Source: Octopus sinensis (lineage: Eukaryota). Taken from it: a DNA stretch of 64,000 nt. Where the stretch lies: NCBI RefSeq assembly GCF_006345805.1, contig NC_043011.1, forward strand, positions 24,874,464-24,938,463, given 5' to 3'. A program made the position numbers and the translations under genes. Below are positions 38,109 to 50,879 of this stretch, piece by piece; the stretch's first letter is position 1, and each line of letters opens with the position of its first letter. Under the pieces are notes generated by a model, which ran no database searches, had not been told where the DNA came from, and worked only from the letters and a program-made list of their open reading frames with translations.

Positions 38109-38242
38109 TAGATCTAGTTCTGAATCGGTGTGAGCAGCTGCCTGCTGTTGAATGACTGTGAAATCATGCAGGTTTGGATGTTTGAGGATGTAGTCATACA
38201 GTTGGCCACTTGGACAAGTCAAGTTTGTCAGTTGGATACGAG
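38109..38242 (-). CDS. SZT2: SZT2 exon
   Basis: ctgcag|CT RIQLTNLTCPSGQLYDYILKHP...ELDL|gtaaga. Matches 'HQLYNYVADH'. Confidence 0.9.
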
Positions 38243-38479
38243 CTGCAGAGACAGGAAAAAGAAACAGTGTCAGAAAAAAATTCAAAAGCAAAAACAGAAT
38301 GATGCAATAAGTATTATTTATAAGTATCATTTATATAAGTATTCTTGGTTACATTAATACAACGCAGAGGGTATTGCAGTTATGAGGTTGACATCAGTAT
38401 AAGTGTAGGGTACACATTATAGAGCAGATGTAAAATGAGGACACACACATACATGTATAGGAAACATTGATGGAGTAGT

Positions 38480-38529
38480 GGGTCACTGATGAAGATTAAT
38501 TAAATCTGAAATAAGCACTAATATGACTC
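38480..38529 (+). ncRNA. Hammerhead ribozyme motif, intact core
   Basis: gggtca-CTGATGA-agatt-aatta-aatct-GAAA-taagcactaa-TA-tgactc. Stems I and II are good; stem III is weak. Confidence 0.6.
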
Positions 38530-38696
38530 CATCTCGCTTGTTGTAGAGAGGGAGAGCTTGTCTCCCTTGTCAGTCATTAGAAAAGAGTTGTTTTGACACT
38601 TATTTCTAGCAATGCTGGTGCTCACTAGCATTCTCTTTAGTGATGACTATACTTGTTGCCTTTTGGTGTGTGTATATATATATATATATATATCTA

Positions 38697-38873
38697 TATG
38701 CAGTAAAGTATATGTCCGGTCATAGGGTGATCAATGGTTTCGCATCCATAAAGCGCTAGGCTTTATAGATGACACATCAGACTCTAATGGTGAACTTCGC
38801 CATTAGAGTCTGACTAGTTGTCCATAGAGCTCAGCACTTTATGGATGACTGGACATATACTTAACTGCATATA
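38697..38873. mobile_element. Fold-back element with a minus-strand HHR (38722-38787, A9 to U) and a truncated plus-strand copy
   Basis: Arms tatgcagtaaagtatatgtcc...cagactctaatgg / ccattagagtctg...ggacatatacttaactgcata. Minus strand reads agagt-CUGAUGU-gtcatctataaagc...gctttatggatgc-GAAA-ccattga-UC-accct. Confidence 0.75.
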
Positions 38874-38932
38874 AATACATTACTGCTCTATGCTTTGAAG
38901 TGTGCTTCTTTTTCAGATATATGATATACTGA

Positions 38933-38963
<31 letters not shown>

Positions 38964-38973
38964 CAAATACATA

Positions 38974-40443
38974 CAAGGTGAGTCAAAAGTCACACACAAA
39001 ATAAGGTCAGTGCCCTCTGCAATTGTCAAAGACAAGCTTCAATTTTTCTAAAATTGAATAAAATATATTAATTAATGATCAATACATATTGGGTCATCCC
39101 ATAAATAATGCAATTTTTTCAGTATCATGAACTAAAAAGTTGGAAGGGCTCGGAATTACCAGCATCAACTTGCTATAAATGCAGGTAGTAATTTTACCTT
39201 GTCCTTATTCTTAGTGCTAGTTTTGAAGAATGCAGTTCTATTTTAACAATTATTTTTTAACTGAGATAATGCAAATGACAAAGGAGCATATTCGGCATAT
39301 TTTGCTTTATGATTTCAACAACACAATGGAAAATGTGAGGAAAATGCAGTATATGGGGATCAGACTATAAGAGTAAGCCAGTGTTAATGGTGGTTTCGGA
39401 AATTCTGAGCTGGAAACCACAGCCTAGAAGCTGAGCCTCATCCAGGAAGATCTGTAGAGTTCAAAAAGGATGTCCTGCAAACACTGGTGGAACAAAATCC
39501 CATGGTAACTGCTGAACTAGCAGAGGATCTTGGATTTGGTAACTCAGTCATTCATCGACACCGGTGTGCGATCATGAAAGTTAGCAAATTGGGTCAATGG
39601 GTTCCTCACAAACTTTCTGAGTCTAATCATGTGCAGAGAGAGAATGTGTGCACTTACTTACTGTCATGTCTCACAAATGAACCTTTTTTTGACCAAATAG
39701 TGACTGGTAACAAGAAATGGGTTCCCTATAAAAATGTCAAGTGCCAAAGACAGTGGATAGGGAAAGGAGAAACACTGGCATCCTAGGCTAAAGAAGGACT
39801 TCACCCACATAGGGTGTTGTTATCTGTTTGGTGGGATAAGAAAGGTTTTGTCCATTTTGAACTTTTAAACCTAAAACCAATGGTAACAAAGGAGATCTAC
39901 AGCAAGCAGCTTGAGCAGCTTAAGTCAGCACTAGAAGTAAAATGACCATCTTTGGTTTCAAGATGAAAGGTGTTGTTCAATCAGGATAATGCTCAGCCAC
40001 TTACAGTGAAGATGACATTCCAAAGGCTGGAGTAGTGTGAATGGGAAACGATGCCCCACCCACCATATTCACTGGACATTGCCCCATCTGATTATCATTT
40101 ATTCTGCAGTCTTCAAAATCATTTGGACAGAAAAAATATGAATTCTGTAGATGAGGTCAGAACAGTATTGAAGAAGTATTTTTCCTCACAAACAAGTGAG
40201 TTTTGGAAGAGGGGCCTTGCAAATCTACCAGATAGATGAAAGAGCGTTGTAGAAAATAAAAGAGAGTATATTTTAGATGAAAAAAGAACTTTGTTTACCT
40301 TTATTTTGAAAAATAAAAGTAGTATAAAAAAACCCATTATTTATGGGATGACCCAATACATACATACTTGATGAACAAAATAATAATAACGTAATATAAA
40401 TAAAATGTCAAATGTTTTGGTTCATGACTTTTGGCCCACCCTG
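38974..40443. mobile_element. Small Tc1-type MITE hosting the mariner insertion
   Basis: TIR-like ends caaggtgagtcaaaagtcac / atgacttttggcccaccctg. Confidence 0.6.
39089..40356 (+). mobile_element. Near full-length but inactivated mariner (DD34D) transposon, 1268 bp
   Basis: TA TSDs and TIRs ttgggtcatcccataaataatg / cattatttatgggatgacccaa. Motifs WVPHKL, IVTGNKKW, QDNAQP and HPPYSLDIAPSDYHLF are present with stops and frameshifts. Confidence 0.95.
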
Positions 40444-40576
40444 TGTGTGTGTACATATTTGTTTAATGCACTATTTATGATAAAAGCAGAAAAGAGCATA
40501 GAAGTCTGAGTAAGAAATAAAGAGGTAAGAGCGAAAGAGATATTTGTAAATCCAAAATTGTAGACATTGAACAAAC

Positions 40577-40790
40577 CTCTGTGAACATAATTTCTTGAGA
40601 AGTTGGGAGGTGTTGGATAGACTTCAAGAAAATCCAATAGGAAGTTAGTGAGATGATAATCTTTAAGGAAAATATCTTGCGCTCCAGCTATATGAGACAT
40701 GATGCACTGCAGATGGAAGTCATGTGCAAAGGAATGCACGTGGGTTAAGGCCCGGTAAGTGTCGCATTCATCCACAAAGTAGAGACGCAA
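40577..40790 (-). CDS. SZT2: SZT2 exon
   Basis: tttacag|LRLYFVDECDTYRALTHVHSFAHDFHL...YHLTNFL...PNFSRNYVHR-G|gtttgt. Matches '[20 protein letters not shown]...GYHLTTFL...PHFGRNHIYQG'. Confidence 0.95.
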
Positions 40791-42078
40791 CTGTAAAAGA
40801 TGTACAAACAAATAAATAATGACAATGATATTAATAATTGTTTCAGATTTTGGTGCGGGGTCAGCTGATTTTCAGGAGGAGGGGAAGTTAATTACATCAT
40901 TCTCAGGACTCCCTTGATACTTATTTTATCAACCCAGAAAGGATAAACGGCAAAATCTCAGAAGAAATGCTGCTAAGCATCTTGCCCAGCGTGCAATGAT
41001 TCTACCAGTTCTCTGTCTTAACAACAAGTTACAACCAGCAGCTTCAGCAACAACAATAACAATAATAATTGTATTAGATTTAGGTAAAAGACTAGTAATT
41101 TTAAGGAAGGTGAAGCAAGTAAATTATTTTATCGACCCCCATCAGGATGTAAGACAAAGCTGATCTCATCATGTTACAGAATCTTAAATTATGGCAAGAT
41201 TTTTCAGAAACACAATGTTTCTGTAATGTAGAAAGGGTGGTTAGTATTTTGATACAAAAAATTTGTTATTTTCATACTCTGGCTACAGGATGAAAGACAA
41301 GCTGATCCCATAAAGTTTTGAAATCAGAAGGCAGAGCTGGAAGAAATACCACAGGACATTTCTCTGATGATCCTACCAATAATGTGGAATTCTATAATGC
41401 AACATGTATTTTCTATTGACTGCCATGTTACATGGTGCTAAATGGAAAATATACTTCATGCTACAGAATCTCAAATTATGGCAAGATTTTTCAGAAAATG
41501 TTAGTATTTTAACAAAAATAATTTGTTTATTTTCATGTTGGGGCTACTTGGAAATATATATATTCACCATCTACCACTTTCTTTTCGCATTTTCATAAAC
41601 TTACCTACCCCATTCACCCTATCCACTCCTCTGGACCATTTTTCTAATGTTCACCTTCCTGTAACTTGAAGGTATGCCTTTATACCTCTTCACTGTCTTC
41701 TCTCCTTTTCTAGTTGGGGTAGCCATGTATCTCCTCTACTAGATGACACCTGTTTCTGTCCCTCTATCATTCTTTAACCTCTTGTCACTTGGCACAAAGC
41801 CACATCCTTCAATTCTACACCCTACTTCACTCGAGATGTCTTGTCTTGCAAATTACTTGATGACTTCACTGGTGCCAGTTCCATGTAAAAAGCACCCAGT
41901 ACACTCAGTGAAATTTCTGGTGCAATCTTTTCGCTTGTCAGCTCCTGTCAAACTATCCAACTGATGTCAGGAGGGAAAACTGACATTAAGCGATGATGGT
42001 GACTTTGAACAGTCTTAGAAGCCAATAACAACATTGTCAAAGTATTAACGTAACCTGAATGTAATAATGTTATTGTAC

Positions 42079-42289
42079 CTGAGAATTGACGTTAGTTCCC
42101 ATTCGAGAGCAGTCATAACCATACAGTTTAACATAGTAATGTTGGTCACTGAAACTGAGTTCCATTAGAATCATGCCACCCGGCAGTGTCTTTTGCATGT
42201 CATACACTTCTTTCTTTTGTTTTTCTGCATCGTCTCGGGAGTTTCGTGACTGGTCTGATGGCAGTTTCTTTAAGGGCTGACGATTGTTG
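42079..42289 (-). CDS. SZT2: SZT2 exon
   Basis: ttgcag|C...YDMQKTLPGGMILMELSFSDQHYYVKLYGYDCSRMGTNVNSQ|gtacaa. Matches 'YHLQRALPGGIILMELAF...VNSQ'. Confidence 0.95.
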
Positions 42290-43956
42290 CTGCAAAATAA
42301 AATCAATAATAGTTTTTAAAACAGGTATAAAGTCTGGAATTGATGGAATCAAACCTATTGCTTCAAAGTTGCTTATTTCATTGAACCTTGGCAGTAAATG
42401 ACTTTGATGGAATTTGAACTCAGAACATAAAGGAATATAGCTGAATACCAACAAGGAATTTTGTCTGTTGTTTATCTGCTGATACCCACCAATACTTGAC
42501 AGCTACTGAATTCATCACCCCTGCAACAGTGAATGAAAATGACTAGATCTGGAATGTTACTAAATACTATAAAGATATAAGACTGCTGTTGCTTCTGTTG
42601 CCAACAACACCACCACCACTATGATCACCACCACCATTTCAATGTTTGCATTTTAGATGCTGGGACTGGATGAGATTTGTTGTGGTAATATTCCATGTTT
42701 TTCAAGTAAGGTATTCCTTGACTGAAAGAATCCTATCATGTGAGTGTGTGTGTGTGTGTGTGTGTGTTAGTGTCTGACCTCCACCACCACTTGACAACTA
42801 GTGTTGGTGAGTTTACATTCCTGTATCTTGGTGGTTTGGCATAAGAGACTGATAGAATAAGTACTAGGCTTAAAAAAGTAAGCCCTGAGGTCAATTCATT
42901 CAACTAACACCCTTTGAGGTGGTGTCCCAGCATAGCTGCAGTCAAATGACAAAACAAATAAAAGATAAAAGATATACATACACGTGCACAAACAAACAAA
43001 CACACAAAGACACACACATTTGAAGGGTTTCAGTAGTACAGTTTCTATCTAACAAATTACATTTAGAGATCACTATTACAATAGCCTCTGCTCTTTCAAA
43101 TAAACAAACTTCTTAGTTCTATGCTCCCTCTTACTAGATGTCTCAAATCTCAGACTTTGTTGTTCTTTCCACCCCAGGACTTTCACTCTCTGGGGACCCC
43201 TCTCCATTCATTTCCAACAAGACTTGGGAAAGGAAGGCCTTGGGAAGGGAAAAACAACCTAGAATAAAGTACAAAGTTGTCAATGGTCTATGCTCCATAG
43301 GGAGTTGAGGGCACAAGAAAACAGATGGGTGTCTAGGTGGAACGTAAGATGCAAAGAGGTAGAAGATACTCAAAATATTTCATCCAATGCTCTAATTATT
43401 CCTCCAATCCAATTCTCTGAACTAGGAATTTATTTGTTGATTCTGGAAAGGGGAAACACAAGGGTGACTTTGCTGATATTTGAACTCAGAGTGCAAAGTG
43501 CTGGAATGAATAGTGCTAGGTAGTCTATCCAATGTTCTAACAACTCTGCCAACTTGACACCTTATACTATATTGAGTGATTCTATGTCTCTGCTTTACCT
43601 ACAAATATTCAATTAGAACATCAACCTCAGCGATCTTATAAAGGTTGTGAGGATTGCCTTCTCTCTTTCCCTGATCAACACGCCAAATGAATACAGAACA
43701 AAAAGAGCAAAGAACAGGGTTCCAGTATTGTAACTGTTCGGTATCTTCAACATATAGTTTTTTCATTCACAGATTTGAAATAAACAAACAAGGAAAAGAA
43801 AAAGAATGAATGAATGAAAGAAAAAAAGAGATGAAGGGAAGGAGAGAGACAGAAGAGAAAAAAATGAAAACAAGCAAAGAAAGGAACGAGAGAGGGAGGG
43901 ACAAAGGAATAAAGGGAGAGGAGGAGGGAGGGAGAAAAAAGAAAGAAAGAAATTAC

Positions 43957-44219
43957 TTTCGTTTTGGAGAAGCAGGCCGAGTTTGGATGGGGAAAAACCC
44001 CAGGGACTGAAGATGTTGCATATATTGAGAAAGAAACTTCTTGCGAATCTCTTTATGCCAGTCTTCTTCCTCTTGAGTAGATTCAATGGAGGAGTTCTTT
44101 TGTTGAGGAGACTCCATGCTGTCTTGAGAGAAGCGGTCTTTCTTCTTGCCCTCTTGACTGGTTTCATGCCGTTTGGAGAGCAAACTGGCTATTGATGCTC
44201 CAGAACTATGTCGGGAACG
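43957..44219 (-). CDS. SZT2: SZT2 exon
   Basis: aacag|RSRHSSGAS...EEDWHKEIRKKFLSQYMQHLQSLGFFPIQTRPASPKR-AA|gtaatt. Matches 'EEPWLKEL...FLQQYVQYLQSIGF'. Confidence 0.93.
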
Positions 44220-45547
44220 CTGTTTGATTTAAAAAGAAGAAAAAAGCAACAGAATTTATAAAAATGAATTTGAGATAAACCAACAGAAAGAGTAAGAAAT
44301 TTGAAATACACTAACAGAGAGAGAGTAAGAAAAAGTTACATGAATCAGTAACCATGTATCAAATGGAATAACCAAGACTAGTGATTCTACATAAAGATAA
44401 GTTAAATAATTCTTTCAACTGTAGGCACAAGATCTGAAATTTTGGGGGAGTGGGCCAGTCAATTGCATCAACCCTACAGTCAATTCCATCAACCCTAGTG
44501 CTCAACTGGTATTTATTTTATTGACTTCAAGGTCAACTCTGGCAGAATTTGAACTGAGAACGTAAAGCCAGAAGGAATGATGTCAAGCATTTTGTCCCGA
44601 ATGCTAACAATTCTGCCAACTTGCTGCCTTTTCAATTTTAAGTTAGATAATTAGAAGCATTTTTTGCATGACAGAAGTGTTGTATTCTTGAGAATTTTGC
44701 CATTACATGGCACAAAACCTATTCTCTCAATGACATAACATGAATTCCAATCAGAAAATTGGCTTCTACACAATGGAATACTAAGTTATAATCAAATATT
44801 CAGCAATACAATACTTCTATAACATGGAAAATTATGTAGCATGGTTCCTGTTAGTATTCTCTAGCCCCAAGTGAGCCTTGATAAGTACATCTATGCTATG
44901 ATCATCCCCTCTTCTTCCTATGTGCTGGGAAGTCAGGATCACGTTACCCATTTATAAGATTATGAAGTATGATATGAAAGAAATTTGGCTGCTATTTCTA
45001 ACCAGACAAGCAAAGACATAGAAGCTCCTTCATTGATATAATTTTCATAATGACTGCTGATATAAATGAACTCAAGATTCCTTTCTTGCTGTCAGCTGTT
45101 ATAGTAGCTGATGATCCTATTTCAGTTTTTGGCTCATTCTTGTTACTTCAGCAATAAATGGTGCATTTTTAAGTAATTCATTCACAAAGAATTAGTAAAC
45201 CATAAAGTAATATATGTAACTATTTAAACACTATGCCTGTTTAGCTTCTAATGATTATAGAGGTATTGCAATAAAACCATCATGAGTGTCTACTTCTCAG
45301 AATAGCTGATAAGTTATTCCCTACTGAAGGGGTACTAAATAAAGCCCATAAAAAAGAAAGTGTTCAAGACTCAGGAGCTCAAAGTTACTTATTCCTTCAT
45401 TTTAGTACTGTTTGTATACTAAGAGTTCAGTCAAACTTAAATAAAAGTTTATTAGAGGAAATCGAAATAAACTTACACTTTTGGTGACTGTAGCCTAGAG
45501 AAAGAGAGAAAGAAAGAGGAGATATTTAGTTTTCAGTTTAGAGGGGA

Positions 45548-45606
<59 letters not shown>

Positions 45607-46076
45607 CATGCATGGATACATACATACATGGATAATTATTTTGGCTACTTGATCAGCTGAAATAAATTATCAACATACTACTATTGTATCAAATAACTTT
45701 TTCCATTAATACTGTTTTACAATAGATATATATGTGAGCAACAACTATGGCAGAGATTAGAGTAACCCCCAACATCATTCTGAAAATCCAGGAGGTACAA
45801 TGGTGGAGAAAATGTATGTAAATCAAACATATAAGTGAAGTGATGTGAGTGATGTTTATTCCATATATTTACAGCTGTTTCATTATCTTGTTAGTTATAT
45901 AATAGGTGTTACATTCATGTTAACACGTATATAAAATATACAGCGGTGGTGCCCCAGCATGGCCGCGGCCTTCGGGCTAAAACATTTTTAAGGATTTTTA
46001 AGGATAGACAAACATCATTTCTTTTATCTGTTCTACACACAAACATGCACACACACACATGTATATATATATATAT

Positions 46077-46117
<41 letters not shown>

Positions 46118-46252
46118 GATATATAGAGGTGGGTGCAAACAAATAGCATTTCAGATTTCAAAGATAAATAATAAAATAAAACAAAATTCAAGACAAAAAA
46201 AATATTTGAAAGAAAAAGTAATAAGATAAAAAAAAACATAGAGGTAACGCAC

Positions 46253-46420
46253 TGCTTTGGTTTCGGTTTTCTCTTGCACAAATGAAGCTGACGTTAGCTC
46301 TGGTTTTTTGGAAGGTACTCTCCTGAGGACTTCTTTACGCCAAGCTGGAGAAAATAGCAGTGGTGTGGCACAATAGTGCAAGAGCCGTGTTGACTGTTTC
46401 AGCAAATGCACTATGTCCTC
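46253..46420 (-). CDS. SZT2: SZT2 exon
   Basis: ttacag|EDIVHLLKQSTRLLHYCATPLLFSPAW...KA|gtgcgt. Matches 'LKQSSRLVHYCATAMLF'. Confidence 0.93.
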
Positions 46421-46922
46421 CTGTAAAATAATACACATTCCAGTCAAAATTCAAGGAAATTTCAGTTTCATTTCATTTCATTTATCAAGATAGTCTACAT
46501 AAATATGCCATTTCTAAGCTTCTAGTCAAGACAGATATTTCTGTTTTTATATGTAACTATTTGAGTTGCCATTTCCACTTCCCACTTCAGATTTGTGTGG
46601 TGGAAAGTTCATGACCAGTTGATTTATAAACTGCAATAGGTGCAGGTGTTGCTGTGAGGTAAGAAATTTGATTCCCAACCACATGGTTCCAGTTTCAGTC
46701 CCACAACATGCATCAAGGGTGACTTCTACTATAGCACCAGACTGGCCTTGTGAGTGAATTTAGTAGGTGGAAACTGAAGGAAGCCTGTCATATAAATATA
46801 TATATATTGTGAATGTTTGTTTTTATGTTCAGTTATAATAAAAACAATTTTACATTAGTCTGATGGGTGACTCAATACTTTTGTGGAGTACAAATTTATT
46901 ATTCTTAGACAGGAATGTTGTT

Positions 46923-47001
46923 GACTGTGACTTTGAAGTTTCAGCAAGCTAAGTCATCATCAGATGATGGCTTAACTGGCTGAAACTCTGAAGTCACTGT
47001 C
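46923..47001. repeat. ~80-bp imperfect palindrome made of two HHR-like half motifs
   Basis: gactgtgactt..gtttcagc..aagtcatcat-cag-atgatggctt..gctgaaac..aagtcactgtc. Confidence 0.7.
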
Positions 47002-48219
47002 GTGGGTGAATGTTGCAAGAATGGCCAGTATGAACGGACCAATTCTGAGGATACACCTGTGAAAAATTAAAAGGAAATATAAAAGGAGAAAGGGGCTCTG
47101 TACCCCCCCCCTTTTAACCAGACTCCTGTGGCTTTTATGGGTTTTTCCACGAGTAACCTTTCAAAGTGCCTCCCCTAATTGGGAGTTTTAATTGTTACTT
47201 ATATTTCGTTGTTATCCTGCTTTTGTACACAGACTTTTACAAACGGACAAAACCCTTTGTAACTTTCGTCCTGTGTTTTGTCCCTTTATGTTTTAATTGA
47301 TTTTTGTTAGCCCTTGTGGCCAATAAACAAATTAATTATAATAATAATAATAATATGTATGTCCATCCGTCCATCCCTGTGTGAGAGTGTGTGTGTATTT
47401 GTGCCTCCTTGTCATGAAATTGCACATAGTTGTAAATGAGTGTCACTGTCATACATGCAGTATCATGCATTTCCAATATACTGCAAAACATGTCTGGCCA
47501 TGGGTAAACATTACCTTGCTTAGAAACAGGAGAGAGTTGGAGACAGGTGGGGCATCCAGCTATAGAAAAACCTGCCTCAATAAACTTCTTCTGACCCATG
47601 CAAGTATCAAAAAGTGGACATTAAAATGAAATGTTGATGATGACAACAATATACTATGAGAAAATCTTCATAAGTGGCCAGAACTGAATAGTTTAAGATT
47701 TTGGAAAATGGACATATAAACTTGGTGATGTTTCAGCTAGTACTGGTTCAAACCATATCTAATGAAGTAAGATATATTTACAAGATGTACACATCTCAAC
47801 AAGTTTCTGATGTTGAAATGGAAGAAACCAACCTCACCATGTTAGACACACAGTTAAACACACATTAGCTTCTCTCTCTCATTTAACTACCCCTGCTAGT
47901 TATAGATTTTGACATCCTCTAGACGACATTTATTCTCAAGATGAAACACACTATACATTCAACATTAACAATATTCTTTCTTACTCTATAGGTAGGACAT
48001 TTTCCTGGCACACTCAGTGCTATGTTTAAATTTCATTACAGGCCCTAATTCATAAACATCGTTATCATTCTGACTTCCAATTTCCCATACTTGCATAGCT
48101 CAGTTGGAATGTGTTCAGACACATTCCCTACAACCCCTGTTGTCAGCTCTTACCTGTTTCCAAGCAAATATTTCCTCTTAGCTAGACATACTTTTCAAAC
48201 ACTTATATGAAGTCTAGGC

Positions 48220-48750
48220 AGGGACAAACACATGCACACACAAACACACATACAATGAGCTTCTTTCATTTTCTATATATCAAATCCACTTACAAAGCTT
48301 TAGTTGGCCCAAGCTGTAGTAAAAGACGCTTATCCAAAAAGCTGTGAAGTGGAACTGAACCCAAGACCTGCTGAGACCCCCTTCAGTCATGACTGTCCAT
48401 GGGATTGCACCTAGAAAGTCCGGGCAAGGTAGGTTATGGAAGACCAGCAGTCGCCCATGCATACTGGCCTCCCTTCTCCATGCCACCAGTGTTATCCAAG
48501 GGAAAAGCAAAGGCTGGTACAGCTTGGCACCTGTGACGTCACAACTCATTTCTACAGCTGAGTGAACTGGAGCAATGTGAAATAAAGTGTCTTGCTCAAG
48601 AACACAACACGCAGCCCGGTCCGGAATTCAAACTCACAGTCTCACGATCGTAAGCTCGACGCTCTAACCACTGAGTCATGCACCTTCACAACCCAAGACC
48701 ACACAATTGGGAAACAAGCTTCTTAACCACATAGCCAATCCTGTTCCTAT
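48220..48750 (-). mobile_element. Nested SINEs (inner element ~48370-48690)
   Basis: TSD aacccaagacc on both sides of the inner element. tRNA-like head on the minus strand. Confidence 0.75.
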
Positions 48751-48975
48751 ACAAATAGTCTCTATTTTTAAACTACTTTAAAGTATGTTTTTTGTTTGTT
48801 TGTTCATCTGAAAGTCATTAAAAGACTGCAAGTAGGAAAAAAATAGTTTGGCAAATATTACAATATAGCAATAGGTTCTTACAAAATCTTGTTAGATGAA
48901 TTTACCAAAGAGAACTCTATCCTTTACAGAAAACTTTAAAAGAGGAAAAAAATGTAAATCAAGAGGATGTCTTAC

Positions 48976-49046
48976 TGATATTGGTGCCCAGTTCTTTGAA
49001 AACCACATAGCATGTAATTCTTTCAGCTTGAACACTTTATCAATAT
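48976..49046 (-). CDS. SZT2: SZT2 exon
   Basis: caacag|AT IDKVFKLKELHAMWFSKNWAPIS|gtaaga. Phase 1-0 bridges its neighbours. Corresponds to 'KMENLFVTW...PIS'. Confidence 0.88.
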
Positions 49047-49330
49047 CTGTTGAAGGAAATAAGACAAATTTATTTATAAGGTTTAGTAACAAAATTAAAA
49101 TACATAGTACAAATAGTAAACTATCTTCTTTCATTTTTATCACCATCAACACTGAGTCATCATCATCATCATCATCATCATCATTTAGCGTCCGTTCTCC
49201 ATGCTAGCATGGGTTGGACGGTTCAACTGGGGTCTGTGAAGCTGGAAGGCTTCATCAGGCCCAGTCAGATCTGGCAGCGTTTCTACGGCTGGATGCCCTT
49301 CCTAACGCCAACCACTCCGTGAGTGTAGTG

Positions 49331-49779
49331 GGTGCTTTTTACGTGCCACCTGCACAGGTGCCAGACAGAGCTGGCAAACGGCCACGAACGGATGGTGCTT
49401 TTACGTGTCACCGGCACGGGGCCAGGCGAGGCTGACAACGGACACGAACGGATGGTGCTTTTACGTGCCACCAACACGGGGGCCAGACAGAGCTGGCAAA
49501 CGGCCACGAACGGATGGTGCTTTTACATGTCACCGGCACGGGGGCCAGGCGAGGCTGGCAACGGACACGAACGGATGGTGCTTTTACATGTCACCGACAT
49601 GGGGGCCAGACAGGGCTGGCAAACGGACACGAACGGATGGTGCTTTTACGTGTCACCGGAATGGGGGCCAGACAGAGCTGGCAAACGGCCACGAACGGAT
49701 GGTGCTTTTACGTGTCACCGGCACGGGGGCCAGACAGAGCTGGCAAACGGCCACAAACGGATGGTGCTTTTACGTGTCA
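49331..49779. repeat. ~60-63-bp tandem array (~7 copies) expanded inside a SINE
   Basis: Unit ggtgcttttacgtgtcaccggcacgggggccagacagagctggcaaacggccacgaacggat, with two subtypes that partly alternate. Confidence 0.9.
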
Positions 49780-50626
49780 TATCTGTAATTTACTTTTACA
49801 GGCCATGATTCAAAAATTGTGATGATGCCTGTGGAGATGGAAAGGTAGTACTTATTTTATCAGTCTTTTTTGTCAAACTGCTAAGTTACGGAGCTGTAAA
49901 CTCACCAACACTGTTTGTCAAGCGATGATGGAGGAGGACAAGCACAGACACAAAGTCACAACACACACACACACACACACAATGGGCTTCTTTCAGTTTC
50001 CGTCTTCCAAATCCACTCACAAGGCTTCGGCTGGCCCAAGGCTATAGTAGAAGATACTTGCCCAAGGTGCCATGCAGTGGGACTGAACCCAAAAGCATGT
50101 AGTTGGGAAGCAAGCTTCTTACCACACAGCCATGCCTGCACCTATAATATACATTATTTTAAAGCCCTTTGCTCTCAATGGGACACAGGCCATTGATGAC
50201 TTTTCTCCACTCTTCTTAATTTAGGGCTGTCTTTTCTGTTTCTCTCCAGTTGGAGCCCTGCTTTTCCTTGCAGTTTCCTTTTGGAATTTGCTACCCCGTA
50301 CCATATGTTTCCTTGAAGAAAGGCTTTCTTCTCAGTCTTGTTGGTTTTGAATTGTCAGTGATGCTTCTATAACTTTACCGCTTTCTAAGTAGGGGTTTTG
50401 ACCCTACACAAACCTATTTTTAAAACTAGGATGTGGTGGTCCATATTAATCTGGCCTCTCTCCTTTCCAGCTTATGGTCTGCTGGCATAACTCTCTGAAT
50501 CTTTGAGGCACACAAGCTACTACAATGCAACAAGAACTGGACCTTGTGGTGGCTATGAACGTGTAGTAGTTGAATTTTTAAAAATAAATAAAAAAAAAAC
50601 AAAGAAACATTCCAGAAATCTCTTAC

Positions 50627-50879
50627 CTCTGCCATAATTGGTTCGGATTTCTTGAGCTTGTTGACCATGTTGTAGAACAATATCAAATTTGCGTGGAGAA
50701 TTCTGCAAAGGGTGTGCAGGTTTCAGATTGCGGTAAATTTCATCGAACGGACGTGTGATCTGGGGATATGGCATAGTTCCTGACAAGCTGCTGTTGTTCC
50801 GCTTCAGACCATCTTTTGGCAGGTGTGTTTTCATCAAAAGTAGGTCAACATCCATATTAGATTGTGTGTAAGGATTTTG
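50627..50879 (-). CDS. SZT2: SZT2 exon
   Basis: catcag|QNPYTQSNMDVDLLL...PFDEIYR...DIVLQHGQQAQEIRTNYGR-G|gtaaga. Matches 'NPF...PFDEALR...DPVTYHGQQFLEI'. Confidence 0.92.

Noticed and set aside
49332-49822. Overlapping 100-158-aa ORFs in three frames
   Set aside because: Artefact of the stop-free tandem array inside a SINE.
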